Assembly (NCBI GenBank): GCA_030167865.1
Contig: JALAGF010004863.1
Location: 1 to 45,414, forward strand
Length of the DNA: 45,414 nt
Direction: 5' to 3'
Origin: Craspedostauros australis
Taxonomy: Eukaryota
Shown in pieces: positions 34,020 through 45,414 of the stretch (within the stretch, counting starts at the first letter, position 1; the number at the start of each line of letters is the position of its first letter). Below the pieces are notes generated by a model, which did no database searches, was not told the DNA's origin, and worked only from the letters and a program-made list of their open reading frames with translations. The translations under genes were made by a program, and so were the position numbers.

Positions 34020-34685
34020 ATATCCATAATGAGGGTTTTCATGTCTGTGGAGACAAACTGAAGGTCGCCGAAAATGGCAACGTACTACTTAAGTCCCACA
34101 TTCCTCCACGATGTCCCGTGTTGCAGAAAAAAAACCCGATTTCGGTCCGAAACCCGAAAGTGGGTTGTTTTTTTCTGACTCCTTCGAGTAACTCATTTAT
34201 TTGGCGATTTCAAAAAAAAAAACGTCGCGATGCAGCACGGCGTCATTGGTCATGTCTCAGGGGTTCCTTTCCGTGCGCCTGTCTTGCTTTTCTGACGTCA
34301 TGGGATCTAAGGTAATGAGATTTTACTTTTTGATTTCGATGTCATCCACCACGCTCCTGACAACAACACCAAAATCCTGGCAACGGTGTAACACAACAAT
34401 GAGGGTGGAGCACGAATCATGATTATTGTTTGTTCAATTACCACAACTGCAGCGATTATTATAGAACTAAGACATGAGTCATGTCGTGAGTCGAGATGGC
34501 CAGCGAAAAAGGGTTTGAAAAAAAAACGGCTTCTCGTAAAGCGTATTTGGGCTAGTCCGTTGAGTCGCAGTTTGTCTGTGGAGACAAATGGACCCCAATT
34601 TGCCTGTGGAGACAAATTGCACCTCCAATTTGCCTGGGGAGACAAGCCACGTAGGCCAGTACCAGGCCAAAATCATTATGGATAT
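34020..34685. mobile_element. Putative non-autonomous DNA transposon (MITE), ~666 bp
   Basis: Perfect 13-bp inverted termini ATATCCATAATGA (34020-34032) / TCATTATGGATAT (34673-34685). Subterminal repeats TG[T/C]CTG[T/G]GGAGACAA occur once on the left and three times on the right. The interior is AT-richer with A/T runs and has no credible ORF. Confidence 0.65.
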
Positions 34686-36041
34686 AGCTGCGGCGTGGCG
34701 CATCAATTGAGTCCATCTCTCGACTCGCAGAGAAGAAGAAGCTGATGTCCTGACGATGTTGCCAATCTCGGCCATCGCAATTTCTTCAAGACACCCCTTC
34801 GCGAGGCAGGCAAGGCTGGTCATGAGGAAGACCTACAACTATGGCACGCACAGACACCTGATTTCAAAGCTGGTGAGCAACATCCGCAGCTATCATCATC
34901 GGTGCTCTGCTACTCTGCTATTGCTCTTTCTTCCTTGCGCTCTGTCGCCTGCCATTGACGACGATGCCATGTTCGACTCGGGCAGAACATTGGAACAGTT
35001 CTCTCTTTCTCTGTCTTGTTCTGTCTGAACGACACACATCATTCCCAATGCCACCCACGGTCATGTAATCGCACCCCGATTGGTTGCTTCACTGCCACAG
35101 TACGCGAACCATTTTTGGGCGTTGGGAGTTGTCATTTGAGGCCGCGACGGCGTCAAACGCGCCTTGTGTGATTCCTCCCATGATGTGCATTTTGGCTGTG
35201 TTGATCGCCTTCCTCGTAGAATTGCGAGGGAAAAATCCAATCAAGTGTACGAACTCGGAATGTCCCACATGGTTTCTTCATGTGCCTTTAATGTGTGTGT
35301 TTGAGTTGTGCCAGGCTCTAACGACTAGAAATGGTGTTTAGAGCGCCCTTGAAATAACCGTTGTTCTTCCAACATGCGCATAATTCGTGTTTGAGGTGAA
35401 TGTACACGATTCACAGGTACTGGCTGTGGCTGCATGTCCCGCATTGTTGGACGAAACTGCGTGACCTTTTTTGTTGGATCCTTGGTTGTTTTTTCGGCGG
35501 ACATCGTTGAGACGGAGGCGAAGAATGAGAAACACATGGCTCTGTTCTTGTGTCGCGACATGCGTGGGCGCTGCGTTGCGACTCGTGATGAATGGTGGCC
35601 ATCTCGCTTTTCCTCGGACGGCGTCCACCAAGACGGCGCTGGACGACCAAACGGGCAGGAGAAGGCAATCGTTGTGCGGAGATGACACCGGCACACATCG
35701 GAAGTAACGCTCGCGGAGTGGAATAAATACATAGTGGCAGTACCCCCAGGATAGCCAAAGACATCACAGGCAACCGTCAACGGCCACAAGATCAACGCAA
35801 CATCAATGCAAGACAGCGAGTGTACACTGTATTATAACAGCAACGGGAGCTTGGCCAAAGTCAACGACGACCTCCACAAACATCCCCAACTTGAACTGCA
35901 TCAACCTTCCCACCGAACTTCATATATTAGCAATACTGCGAGTCGATCGTATAATACCATTCATTCGCACCATACTTCTATTGAGTGCGCAGTAATATAA
36001 ACAGCAGTAGCAGTAGCAATAGCAACAGCAACAGAAACACC

Positions 36042-37724
36042 ATGGGACAGTGCACCAGCGTGCTGCCGCCAGGAGAGATGGACGACTTCAAGGACGAGTT
36101 TTCGATCGCGACAGCACAGACGGACCCCAACCTGCCATGGAATGCGCAGCTGTGGGCGGCCGCCAGGGCGAAGCAGCCCGGCAAGATGGACCTCAACCGG
36201 GAATTCCTCAAGATCCACAGCTCCGACAGACAGGCCAAGTGCATCCTCGATCCCGTGGACGTCACGCAGTCCCTGCAGGAGCAGGCGGAGGAGCTGCTGC
36301 GGCGCGATCACGTGCGCGAGAACGGCCTGCCGGAGAACGACATCATCGATGTGGACATTGACGTGACTGACGATGGCGCGGACGACGATGTCAGCAGGAT
36401 GGATGCGGCATCGACCTACACGGATCACAACTCGTCCTTCGCGCCGTCCGTCATCACGACCGAGACCACGGCGACGAGGCAGATAACCAACCTGGATCAG
36501 AGGGCGACGCGCCGAAGGCGGAATGAGAAGTTCAGCGTGCTGGGGACGTTAGATGAAGGCTCTGGTCAGCAGGGGCAGCATGCTCAGTACGGTCAGCACG
36601 GACAGTACGGGGATGCCAACGGGTTGGGTCAGGACAGCTTCGATCAGTCAGACTTCGGCCTTCACAAGACCCTGTCCATCAACAGCATGGAGTCCTGGGT
36701 CGCCAGGAAGGCCATGCACCCTCCCAAGTCGGGCCTTCAGATGTACACGGACGTCATGGCCAACTGCTTCCACCCCGTGGAGCGCGAGATTCGCAAGACG
36801 GAGTACATGTCGGTGCTGCATCTCGGCATGAAGGCGCATCTGTTTGACTACTACCACTCCAGGTACCTGCCCGCCTTCCCCGATGCCCCCGTTCCGCCTG
36901 GATTGTCGAAGATGCACACGGAATCACCAAACCTGGCCTACTCATCGGACGGATCGTCGTCAGCGTCATCGGACGGGCAGCTCGACTTCGGCACCGGACC
37001 GCCGTCGCATCCCATCCATCTGCTGGCTGATCACTCCGTCTTCATGGACCTTTCCGTCACGGGATCGCTGGGCCTGGTCCCACGACGTCGGCCCAGCACC
37101 TCGCGACGCAAGATGCGAGGCAATCGCAAAAGTCCCGATCACTACATCGTCCTCATGAACCGCAGGTCCGGCATCCCCCTGGCCGTCTGCGCGCGCAAAT
37201 CGGCGCCGGGACCCACCGTGGTGCGCATCTACACCACCAAACCGCGCGTCTTCGGACAGAGGCCGGCCGCCACGACCAGCAAGCTCGGTCTGGACTGGAC
37301 GGAGAACAGCCTCCCGCTCTACGCCTTCGCCGAGATCGTCACGCAGGGCGTCGCCCCAGCGCCCGTCAAGTTCTCCATCTTCATGGCATCCGGCAGCGAC
37401 GGCCGCTTCGCGTCGCAGCCCAGCTACAAGGCGGAGTTCCTTGCCAACGGATCGCCTGACATCAAGGTCGTCGGACATACCGATAAGGAACGGACCGACA
37501 CTGGCTGCGCGTTGATCTCGTTGCGGACCAACAGCCACCACAACAACACCAGCGTTGGCAGGGACTGCGATGAGGCATCCTTCCGACTCTCGGTGGCGCA
37601 GGGCATCGATCCCGCTCTCTTCATTTGCTTCACGGCTGTGGTCGATGAGATTCTTGAAAAGTCCATGCGAACCCAAGTCAAAGTGGAAGAAGAGAAGAGG
37701 CGTCATCAGAGGATGGCCATGTAG
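36042..37724 (+). CDS. Protein with acylation-type N-terminus and putative C-terminal tubby/LURP-one-like domain (~560 aa)
   Basis: MGQCTS start, strong coding bias, beta-rich C-terminal region ending FRLSVAQGIDPALFICFTAVVDEI, which resembles the VxPGVDxALxx helix of Tubby_C2/LURP-one proteins. Confidence 0.7.
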   Translation: MGQCTSVLPPGEMDDFKDEFSIATAQTDPNLPWNAQLWAAARAKQPGKMDLNREFLKIHSSDRQAKCILDPVDVTQSLQEQAEELLRRDHVRENGLPENDIIDVDIDVTDDGADDDVSRMDAASTYTDHNSSFAPSVITTETTATRQITNLDQRATRRRRNEKFSVLGTLDEGSGQQGQHAQYGQHGQYGDANGLGQDSFDQSDFGLHKTLSINSMESWVARKAMHPPKSGLQMYTDVMANCFHPVEREIRKTEYMSVLHLGMKAHLFDYYHSRYLPAFPDAPVPPGLSKMHTESPNLAYSSDGSSSASSDGQLDFGTGPPSHPIHLLADHSVFMDLSVTGSLGLVPRRRPSTSRRKMRGNRKSPDHYIVLMNRRSGIPLAVCARKSAPGPTVVRIYTTKPRVFGQRPAATTSKLGLDWTENSLPLYAFAEIVTQGVAPAPVKFSIFMASGSDGRFASQPSYKAEFLANGSPDIKVVGHTDKERTDTGCALISLRTNSHHNNTSVGRDCDEASFRLSVAQGIDPALFICFTAVVDEILEKSMRTQVKVEEEKRRHQRMAM

Positions 37725-38668
37725 AGAAGAGCACAGTGTGGGCAAAGCCCGTCGTCGTGGCAGTAGTGGTCGGGGAACGACTGTTCTGCGTAGAGCAATA
37801 TATACAATGAGGATATCTGCATCTAACCATCCAACCAAACAATAGGGAGAGGACGTGTCACAAGGCATGCCATCATCACCAATCGAGGGAGACGAATTCC
37901 ATCGTCATCATCCATGTCATCCATTATCCAAATGCTACAATCATAATAGAGGCAGTTGTTGTGTATTCTATTCTATTATACTATTCTATTATAGTACGGC
38001 ATACGTATTGCTTGGACATCGTAACGTTGTTGCAAGAACTTCGTGTGCCAGAATGCGAGATGATCGTTGCGTTTGGAATTGACACAGGCGAAACGCATGC
38101 TACGAGTGGTAGACATTGTACTTACTTAGACCTTATCTCAATCACGACACAATGACGGCTGCGGAAGGTATCTTTGGGAGCTCAAAATTTGAAAAGAAGT
38201 TTTCGCCGTTTCAACTGCCACTCCGAGCTCACAGTCTCCTTCTCACAAGTACTGGCTGGTCTGGTTGTTGTCGTTGCTGGTGGCAGTGGCAGTAGTGGTG
38301 GCAACTACAGAAGCATTCACAACGACGACAACACAACCTTGGTGATGGACCACTGCAATACTCGTATAATATAATACATGAGACAGCCATCCATCCCATC
38401 AATCAAACCTGCAGCTCGGTAAGTTGAGAGATGTATTCTGCGTCCAGCGGTCGTGCTCAGGACGATTCATCGTCCAAAGTTGAGAGCACAACTCATCGAT
38501 TTGCCTTCCTGTGGAATGTCGCACCTCGTCCACTCACAAGTTTCGCGCCACTTCGCCATCCATCCACACACGCACATGCCATGTCCAATGCGACATCATG
38601 GATTGTCTGCGGTCAACGCTTTCAATCCAACAAGACATCCAAGCGTACACACCACCTGCGCTGCCATC

Positions 38669-39760
38669 ATGGGTGTATTCCACGCCAAACCGACCGACGA
38701 AGGTGGCACTGCGCTCGACAATGACGCTGCTTGTGTGGATCCATCCAAATCTTCGCCTCCACAAGATGACGCAGAGCGGAAGCCGCGCAACGAGGAGATA
38801 CGCGCCATGACGGTCATCACATCCATCGAACCCGCGTTGGTCGTTCACAACACTGCGCTGTCATCGCCGAGGTCTGGATCCGATCCTGCGGATATCAAGT
38901 ATCGCGCAACGCCCGTTGGGCCTGGCAGTGGGACGAAGACATTCGATTGGGACGATGATGGCGGTGCCGTTGGCTGTGACGACGACGATGATGACAACGA
39001 CGTGCTGGATGATTCCCCTGGCCCAGAAGATGGGCCTGTGATTGTAAACCAACCTGTAGACAGCATGCCATCGATGGAGAACGCCAAGGAAGCAACGCCA
39101 AGATCTGAGGCTGGCACTGACACTAGTATCAATGACGATAGCGATGATGTTGATGACGTCGATGACGAGCGAGATGAGAACGTGAGTGACAGCCACAGCG
39201 AGAACCACAGCGAGAACCACAGCGATAGCCTCTGCGATGGCAACGAGGAGAAAGAGAACAAGGGCGATGACCGCACTGAAGGGCTCGCAGTTTGCGAAGA
39301 CTGTGATGGCAAGCGTCGCAGCTGTGATGATGCTGTTGACACCAACACGCTCAATCGAAATACGAACAACCAGGAAGCCGGTCCACTCATAGTACATCCC
39401 AAGAACAATGCAAAGAAGCCAATCGCCGGAGATTCGACGCCAACGACGAATGGCAACAAGCGCTCTTCCAAATCCAGAAAACGCCGCACACGACGTAAGC
39501 GCAACAAGGCAAGTCGAAAGCGCAAACAACGGAATCATTCTCAGTTCATCGAAGAACATGTTTCCTGGCTTGCGGAGAAGGATCTGAACAAGCAAGAACA
39601 AGAGCACGAGGGTGGCCGTAGCACCGAATGCCATACGACGGAGAAGGCCAGCAAGAAGGCGCGCAAAGCGAAGATGACGGTGCACATCGGTACCACAACC
39701 AGCCCCATCACTGGAAGTGACACCCATCACACTTTCTCAGCAACTGGGAACCAAGTGTAG
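38669..39760 (+). CDS. Hypothetical low-complexity protein with acidic tracts and a basic NLS-like cluster (~363 aa)
   Basis: Long ORF with Asp-rich tracts and KRSSKSRKRRTRRKRNKASRKRKQR. Start codon uncertain; no domain recognised. Confidence 0.55.
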   Translation: MGVFHAKPTDEGGTALDNDAACVDPSKSSPPQDDAERKPRNEEIRAMTVITSIEPALVVHNTALSSPRSGSDPADIKYRATPVGPGSGTKTFDWDDDGGAVGCDDDDDDNDVLDDSPGPEDGPVIVNQPVDSMPSMENAKEATPRSEAGTDTSINDDSDDVDDVDDERDENVSDSHSENHSENHSDSLCDGNEEKENKGDDRTEGLAVCEDCDGKRRSCDDAVDTNTLNRNTNNQEAGPLIVHPKNNAKKPIAGDSTPTTNGNKRSSKSRKRRTRRKRNKASRKRKQRNHSQFIEEHVSWLAEKDLNKQEQEHEGGRSTECHTTEKASKKARKAKMTVHIGTTTSPITGSDTHHTFSATGNQV

Positions 39761-40087
39761 AGGAACAATAAATGCTCCAACAATGATGGAGAGCAGAGCA
39801 TGGTAGAGACTGTTTGATCCCATTTCGACCTCTCTCTGTGCGTCTTTTGTGTTGCAAAGATGGAGCATTGAGGTTGTCGTCTGCTTTCGCCTGGTTGATC
39901 TTGGAGATGATGGCCACAGTGTTCTATTCTATTGTGTGTATGTGCGTGTGTTTGTTGTATTGTTTGTATCTATGGTGCTGTATTAAGTTTGAGGTATAAT
40001 ATGATCATTGTATGATGTGATGTGATATGAGATGATGAGTATCCATATAAGTTGTGCATTCGATGCATGTTGCATACTGCGTGTTGG

Positions 40088-41293
40088 TTATATTCTGACA
40101 GTGGAGGTTGGGCTGTTCTCCACCGATCGTGAGGATGTGGTGGACTTGCACTGCTGCTGCTGCCATGATTGCTGGCCATACTTGTTGGCGGCGGCAAGTG
40201 CTGATTCCTTGTCAATGCAGGCATCGACCTGAAAGTTCTGCTGTGCAAGGACAACGGACAGCTCGCGTCGCAGCTCGCGGATGGATTGCGACTGGCACGG
40301 CAGCTGCGTGGCGTAGGCCAGGAGCTGCTCCATCTGGAAGAGCATGTCGCAGGAGATCTGCGGGATGCAGGACAGGGCGTTGAGGATGGAGGCCATGGCG
40401 ATGGCGGATGCATCGACGCCGACGAAGGCGTAATGCTGCATCGTGTGGTCCATCTGGATGTCGATGCACTCCTTGACGGTCTCGAGGAGGTTGGCATCGA
40501 AGCTGGAGGAGAGGAGCTGGAGCATGTAGTGGGCGAACATGCGACTGGTGCGCGGATGCGTCCTCCATCCGATGGCCTGCAGCATGGTGCGCTCCATGCT
40601 CTCGAGCTGCTCGACGGTGTAGAGGTTCTTGCTGAGGATGGCCAGGGTCTCCGCGGAGATGGCGCAGGGCTCGTGGACCTTGACGGCGGTGTAGAAGGCC
40701 GTGACGCAGGTGAGCTGGAAGGTGGAGCGGTCGAGGAGGCTGGCCTGTCCTGCCTTGGAGGAGAGGAAGCGGTCCAGGATGTTCATGGCGATGGCCACGG
40801 TGTCGCGCGAGAAGTCGTCGCCGCAGTGATCGACGATCTGGATGCACCAGAGGCACATCTTGTATCTGCAGTCCTCGTCGACCCATTCCATGGGAGTGAG
40901 CTCGGCGGCGCTGGTCTCGTGCAGCATGCGAAGGTAGTCAGATGGGCGGTAGTCGGCCTCGCGGGATCGCATCGCGCGCAGGGTGTGCACGATGCTGTCC
41001 TGATCGATGGCTGGTGTGATGAGGGAGGAGGACTGGCTCGCCTGCTGTGATTGCTCGACGGTCATGCTGGCATCTCCTTCCACACACTCCTGCTGCTGCT
41101 GCTGCAGATGCAACTGATCGCACGGCTTCATGCTGATGGTGCTTGGGCAGGCAGAGGCGGAGTCCATGGTGGAGAGGGAGGATGGGGTGGCGATCATGCA
41201 TGGCGTCAGGCTGCTCTCGTCGCTGCGCTTGTTCATCGTGCCGCGGGTTGCCTTGCTCTGTCCGTATGGTGTGGTCTGGAAGTAGCTCATCAT
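40088..41293 (-). CDS. Cyclin, diatom-specific (dsCYC)-type, ~401 aa
   Basis: Cyclin box VDEDCRYKMCLWCIQIVDHC..SRDTVAIAMNILDRFLS, FQLTCVTAFYTAVKVHEP, MERTMLQAIGWR. Probable start MMSYF at 41293. Confidence 0.9.
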   Translation of the reverse strand: MMSYFQTTPYGQSKATRGTMNKRSDESSLTPCMIATPSSLSTMDSASACPSTISMKPCDQLHLQQQQQECVEGDASMTVEQSQQASQSSSLITPAIDQDSIVHTLRAMRSREADYRPSDYLRMLHETSAAELTPMEWVDEDCRYKMCLWCIQIVDHCGDDFSRDTVAIAMNILDRFLSSKAGQASLLDRSTFQLTCVTAFYTAVKVHEPCAISAETLAILSKNLYTVEQLESMERTMLQAIGWRTHPRTSRMFAHYMLQLLSSSFDANLLETVKECIDIQMDHTMQHYAFVGVDASAIAMASILNALSCIPQISCDMLFQMEQLLAYATQLPCQSQSIRELRRELSVVLAQQNFQVDACIDKESALAAANKYGQQSWQQQQCKSTTSSRSVENSPTSTVRI

Positions 41294-44200
41294 TGTTGAG
41301 TAGTGTGAGTATTGTTGAGTATGGTATTGGATGGAGTATGCTTTCGTGTTTGCCTTCGGAGGTTGTTGGATTTGTGAGATGATGGGAATGGAGAGACAGA
41401 CAGATGGAGGGATGGTTGTTGCCGTAATGTCCTGTTCTCTTGCAATGATGATGATGATCGCCTGTCGGTGGAACTCTTTATGTTGTGACTGTTTGCGAAG
41501 CAGCGGAGGTTGCTGAGAGTGAGAGAGAGTGTTTGCGCTTGTCGGGGTATCGGTTTCCAAGATGGAGGGAGCGAGTTGCCTGTGTCGTTTTTGTGACCGG
41601 AGACAGAGGCTTGTTTGTTGGTGGGAGGGTGTCGCCGCTTCACGAGCACTGTGTTCTCTCTGCGTGTTGCTCTTCCGCTCTCGTGTGTGTTCGTGCATTT
41701 GTGAGAGGTGCGCACTCATCGTTTCTCACGTGCACACATGCCTTTGCTGCACGAGCCAAGTTGCCTTGCACACTTTTGTGTTCCAATAACACAGCCCCAG
41801 ATAACCCGAGTAGTATGAAATCGTGAGTGAAATTCACTCACCCCGTCACGCAGACAATCTTGTCCCGTTCTTGGGCAAGTACCGCACTCACATGCGAAAT
41901 CTCAAAACAGGGTCCATAAATAACGCGTCACGACACATCACTTGGCACCACAGAGGTAGTGGCTGCACCAGTACGATCTTGCCAAGACCGCACGCAGGAT
42001 CGAGCTGATTCGCCGTCGGGGACATTCCAAGGATGGTATTACATGGGCCTCATCGATAATGACTGTACGTTCTATCGCCAACATCTATGACCTCGTTGGG
42101 ACTCGCGACCAGCGCACGCACTGAAGTGTGCGAAAAAAGACTCGCATCACATTCGCCGGAGAAAATACAAAAGGCACTTCGTGATTGGCGATGACGTTTC
42201 GTGTCGCACAACACAACCCAACGGACATTGCTGGGATGCAAGTGCATGTTTGTGAGCAGCAGTTGGTTGTCGGCAGAAGAAGTGGGATGAGAACCGGTCG
42301 ACATACCACATCACACGCTCACGCAAGAACGACCAGCGCAACAACAACAATCCACAACAACAAGTCACAAGCAAACGCAAGCGAAGACAAAGCGAGCACA
42401 AGAGGGCAAGCAACTTGTGTGCGCACCCTCGCTCGTACAAGCCACGCATTTGCGATGCCGTTGATGTGGACTGCCTTTTCCGTTCATGGGTTGGTTGGGG
42501 GATGAAAAGCACCAGTATACTTGTAGTCTGTGCAAGAAACGTTCGCGTGGCGGATGCTCTCCGTTTCTCTCCACCAGTCAACAACTCTCTCTCTCTCTCT
42601 CTGAATGTCCAACTTTTCACTCCTCTGGAGACACTTGGAAGACAAAGGAAGGGAAGAGGCGGCAGACAAGTCCGCTCCAGATTGCAACCGGTCATGCACG
42701 CACCCCAAGAGAACAAGGAGGGACAAGACGACAAGTTTCGTGAAGTTCCGCGCGACGAACATGCGATGTTCTGCCCCCTGCATCGGAGTCGAATGAACGA
42801 TGTCCATCGCGACAGACATGGTGACCACAAGGTGAAGAAGGATGTCGCTCCTCCCGCACACAAGAACAGTTGGTGAGCTCCAAATGTCAGCTCGTTGACA
42901 CTCATGTGGACCTTTTGGGTTGCTGACATGACATCAAACAGCATCGTTTATCTGGCATTGGCCACGACAAGTATAGCGGCCCGAGAGAGTATTGCCGTTG
43001 CCTTTTGTGCCCGCGCATAATAGTTCCATGGTGTTGGGCGCCATAGATGTTGTTGGAACGGTGTCTCCCAAACCACTGTGAATCGTGGCAGATTGGAGAG
43101 TGTCTCGTGTTGTGTCCGCTTCGGTTCCGGCAGGTCCTGTTGCGTTCGTATCGCGTTCGTGGCGTGTTGTATCGTGTCCTGTGTCGTGATGAATCGGCAT
43201 CCCCTCTCGCGCTTCCAAGCACGATCATCTACAGTTGCCCGTGGGATACATGCGGGGCACCACGAACCTGGCAGTAGTGGCACGATGATCGGTACCAGTG
43301 TGTTGTCAACATCGCCGACGGATGCTCTTCGCTGCGATGCCATTCTTGTCTTGCTTCATTCTACCGTTGCCATCATCGCACCGCAGTTCATGTTTACCGG
43401 TGAATGGAACACTTGGGATGGAGAATATAATATATCGTGCTCTACTCGGATGCCAGCATTGCTCCATCCTATTGGCATTGCAGTGTCCGTATCTGAACTC
43501 TGGCGCAAGCTCAAGCAGCATGAAAGAGGTCATCTTGCATCAGTCTCGACGGTCACTCAGGATACGCGTACGACCCACTCAACAAGAGCTCCGATCGTGG
43601 CCAAGGCCAACGAGATTCACATCGACCTCACCATCGTCATTCGTACGACCTACTATACAAGACGCTGTGGGAGTCACAACCCAACCAAGATAACAGCCTC
43701 AGCAGACTAATCCCTTGCGTGGTGTGGAGAGGCACGACCGGCCATTGTATTTGTTGCGACGACTCCAACCAAATCAACCAACAACAACACTGCTGTGCTG
43801 CCACACTCCGTTGTTTCACTCGTGCCCAGAGTGCCGACAGAGGGTAGCGATGACACGCAATCAAGAAGGCATCAGCCACAACATCAACATTGAAAGTCAA
43901 CAAAGAAGCCCAACATCGTTTCCTGTACCTCCATAATTCTTCAGATTGATGGATCATCATGACACAGATGAATTCCACCGCCAAGTCATTCCACAGCATC
44001 AGCATGTGTCACTCCTCACATGGCGTTTCTGCTACAATCTGTCGCGCACTTCTCTGAAGAGGTAACTCTTCTCACGGTCCCAGCCACCGTGCACTTGTGT
44101 TTCGCAGTTCCCAACCCGTTCACGGATGCGAAATCAGTGTGTTCCCACAAGTCTCTTTCTCACTGTGTTTTCTACCTTAGCTCCTGTGCATTTCTCGCAA

Positions 44201-45129
44201 CTGCGGGTTTGCTCTTCTCTCTCCCCCTTCTGTCTCTTCTGTTGGCTTGTGGGACGAGGCCATCCACGTTGATGAAGAAGCACAAACGGTCCACAGATGC
44301 AGGGAATGGTTGGTTCGTTGGTTGGTTCGTTGGCTGGGACTTATTCGTATTGAGCAGCATTCTGGGACAGAGTACGAGCTAGAGGAGAGCAGAGTATCCA
44401 TGTTGATGATAATGCACTGCGCAATTTTGGAATCCTCAAGTGTGAGCTGCGCAAACACACATCGACCCTCTCTTGAGTGGCGAAAGTGAGAATTCAGGGA
44501 AAGCAGGTTTCACGTATCGCAATTGTACGAGGGTTGCACAGCAAATGAAACGCACAATAGAGGGGTTCGAGTGGCTATTTTTTGGCGTGGCCGGCGACCC
44601 CAGCCAATCAAATGGCTTAGACTTTATCACTGCTACGAGCAAGCCATCCCATTGAAGGGTGAATTGAGGGGAGTTTGGGTCAATTTTCCCCAGCTTTGTT
44701 GCGCTTGGGGTTCTCATTTGGAACCATGTGACGCAGACGATCTGTTCCGTGTCGGATCGATTCTCGTTGTGAACGCTGACAGAGGCGGTGGGATTGCGTG
44801 GTTGGTTTCGCACGAGGGATTGTGGAACTTTGACACTTTCTCAGAAATCACGTATTGAGCAAATAAACTGTAATTATTTACGTGCAGTATCTCCGTTTGA
44901 GTATCTCGAGGTGACAAACTTCATTGTCGTAACTGAACGACGATTCCGACCGACACGTTCATGATATCGTTGCGATGGTACTATCGTATGCTCAGTATTG
45001 TTGCCGCTTAATTCTAGTACTACCCAAATAGTACCAAGACATACACAAAATTGACAAAATTGTTTTCTACAAAATCCCAACAAAACAAGGACAGAAGTGT
45101 TCCTTTGATGTGAACGGCGACACAGCAGT

Positions 45130-45245
45130 NNNNNNNNNNNNNNNNNNNNNNNNNNNNNNNNNNNNNNNNNNNNNNNNNNNNNNNNNNNNNNNNNNNNNNN
45201 NNNNNNNNNNNNNNNNNNNNNNNNNNNNNNNNNNNNNNNNNNNNN
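45130..45245. other. Assembly gap
   Basis: Run of N. Confidence 0.95.
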
Positions 45246-45414
45246 CAACACCAACATCGGCATCAAGATCGACAATGGCATCGGTGCTGTCGTCGAGTAC
45301 AAGTACCCACAGGTCTGTGCTCGCTAGCAAGATGAGCTCACGCTACAAATGTACACAATACTTGGCACACCGGCCATATGCAACACATGCGCACATCACA
45401 GCAAACCAATAACA

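Noticed and set aside
44478-44583. tRNA or Pol III gene (GGTTCGAGT followed by a T-run)
   Set aside because: The B-box lacks the closing CC, the A-box is imperfect, and no cloverleaf can be drawn.

Overview
Eukaryotic nuclear DNA, most likely from a diatom. This is inferred from a diatom-specific-type cyclin, a signal+transit+Tat plastid presequence, an RXL/KXXK secreted protein, and short GT-AG introns with microsatellite-rich flanks. About 17 protein-coding genes are supported: PPAN/SSF1 (Brix), a putative thylakoid-lumen protein, two divergent KDEL-receptor (ERD2)-like paralogues, two MFS transporters (SLC43/FMP42-like and Atg22/UMF1-like), a PKG-architecture kinase, TFIIF beta, a single-domain Fluc/CrcB channel, SPRYD7, a secreted Cys-repeat protein, a sulfatase with an 18-nt micro-exon, BUD13, a tubby/LURP-like protein, a cyclin and two low-complexity hypotheticals. 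Non-coding features are a ~666-bp MITE-like element, a 20-bp palindromic tandem array, a 13-bp CCAAT array, a 73-bp duplication, microsatellites and two N gaps. The best candidates for new biology are (i) the secreted RXL-KXXK plus 18-aa disulfide-repeat protein, (ii) the ERD2-like pair, which lacks KDEL-binding residues and has extra helices and sorting tails, and (iii) the unfused Fluc with a possible organellar presequence. All family assignments come from motifs recognised by eye; no searches were run.
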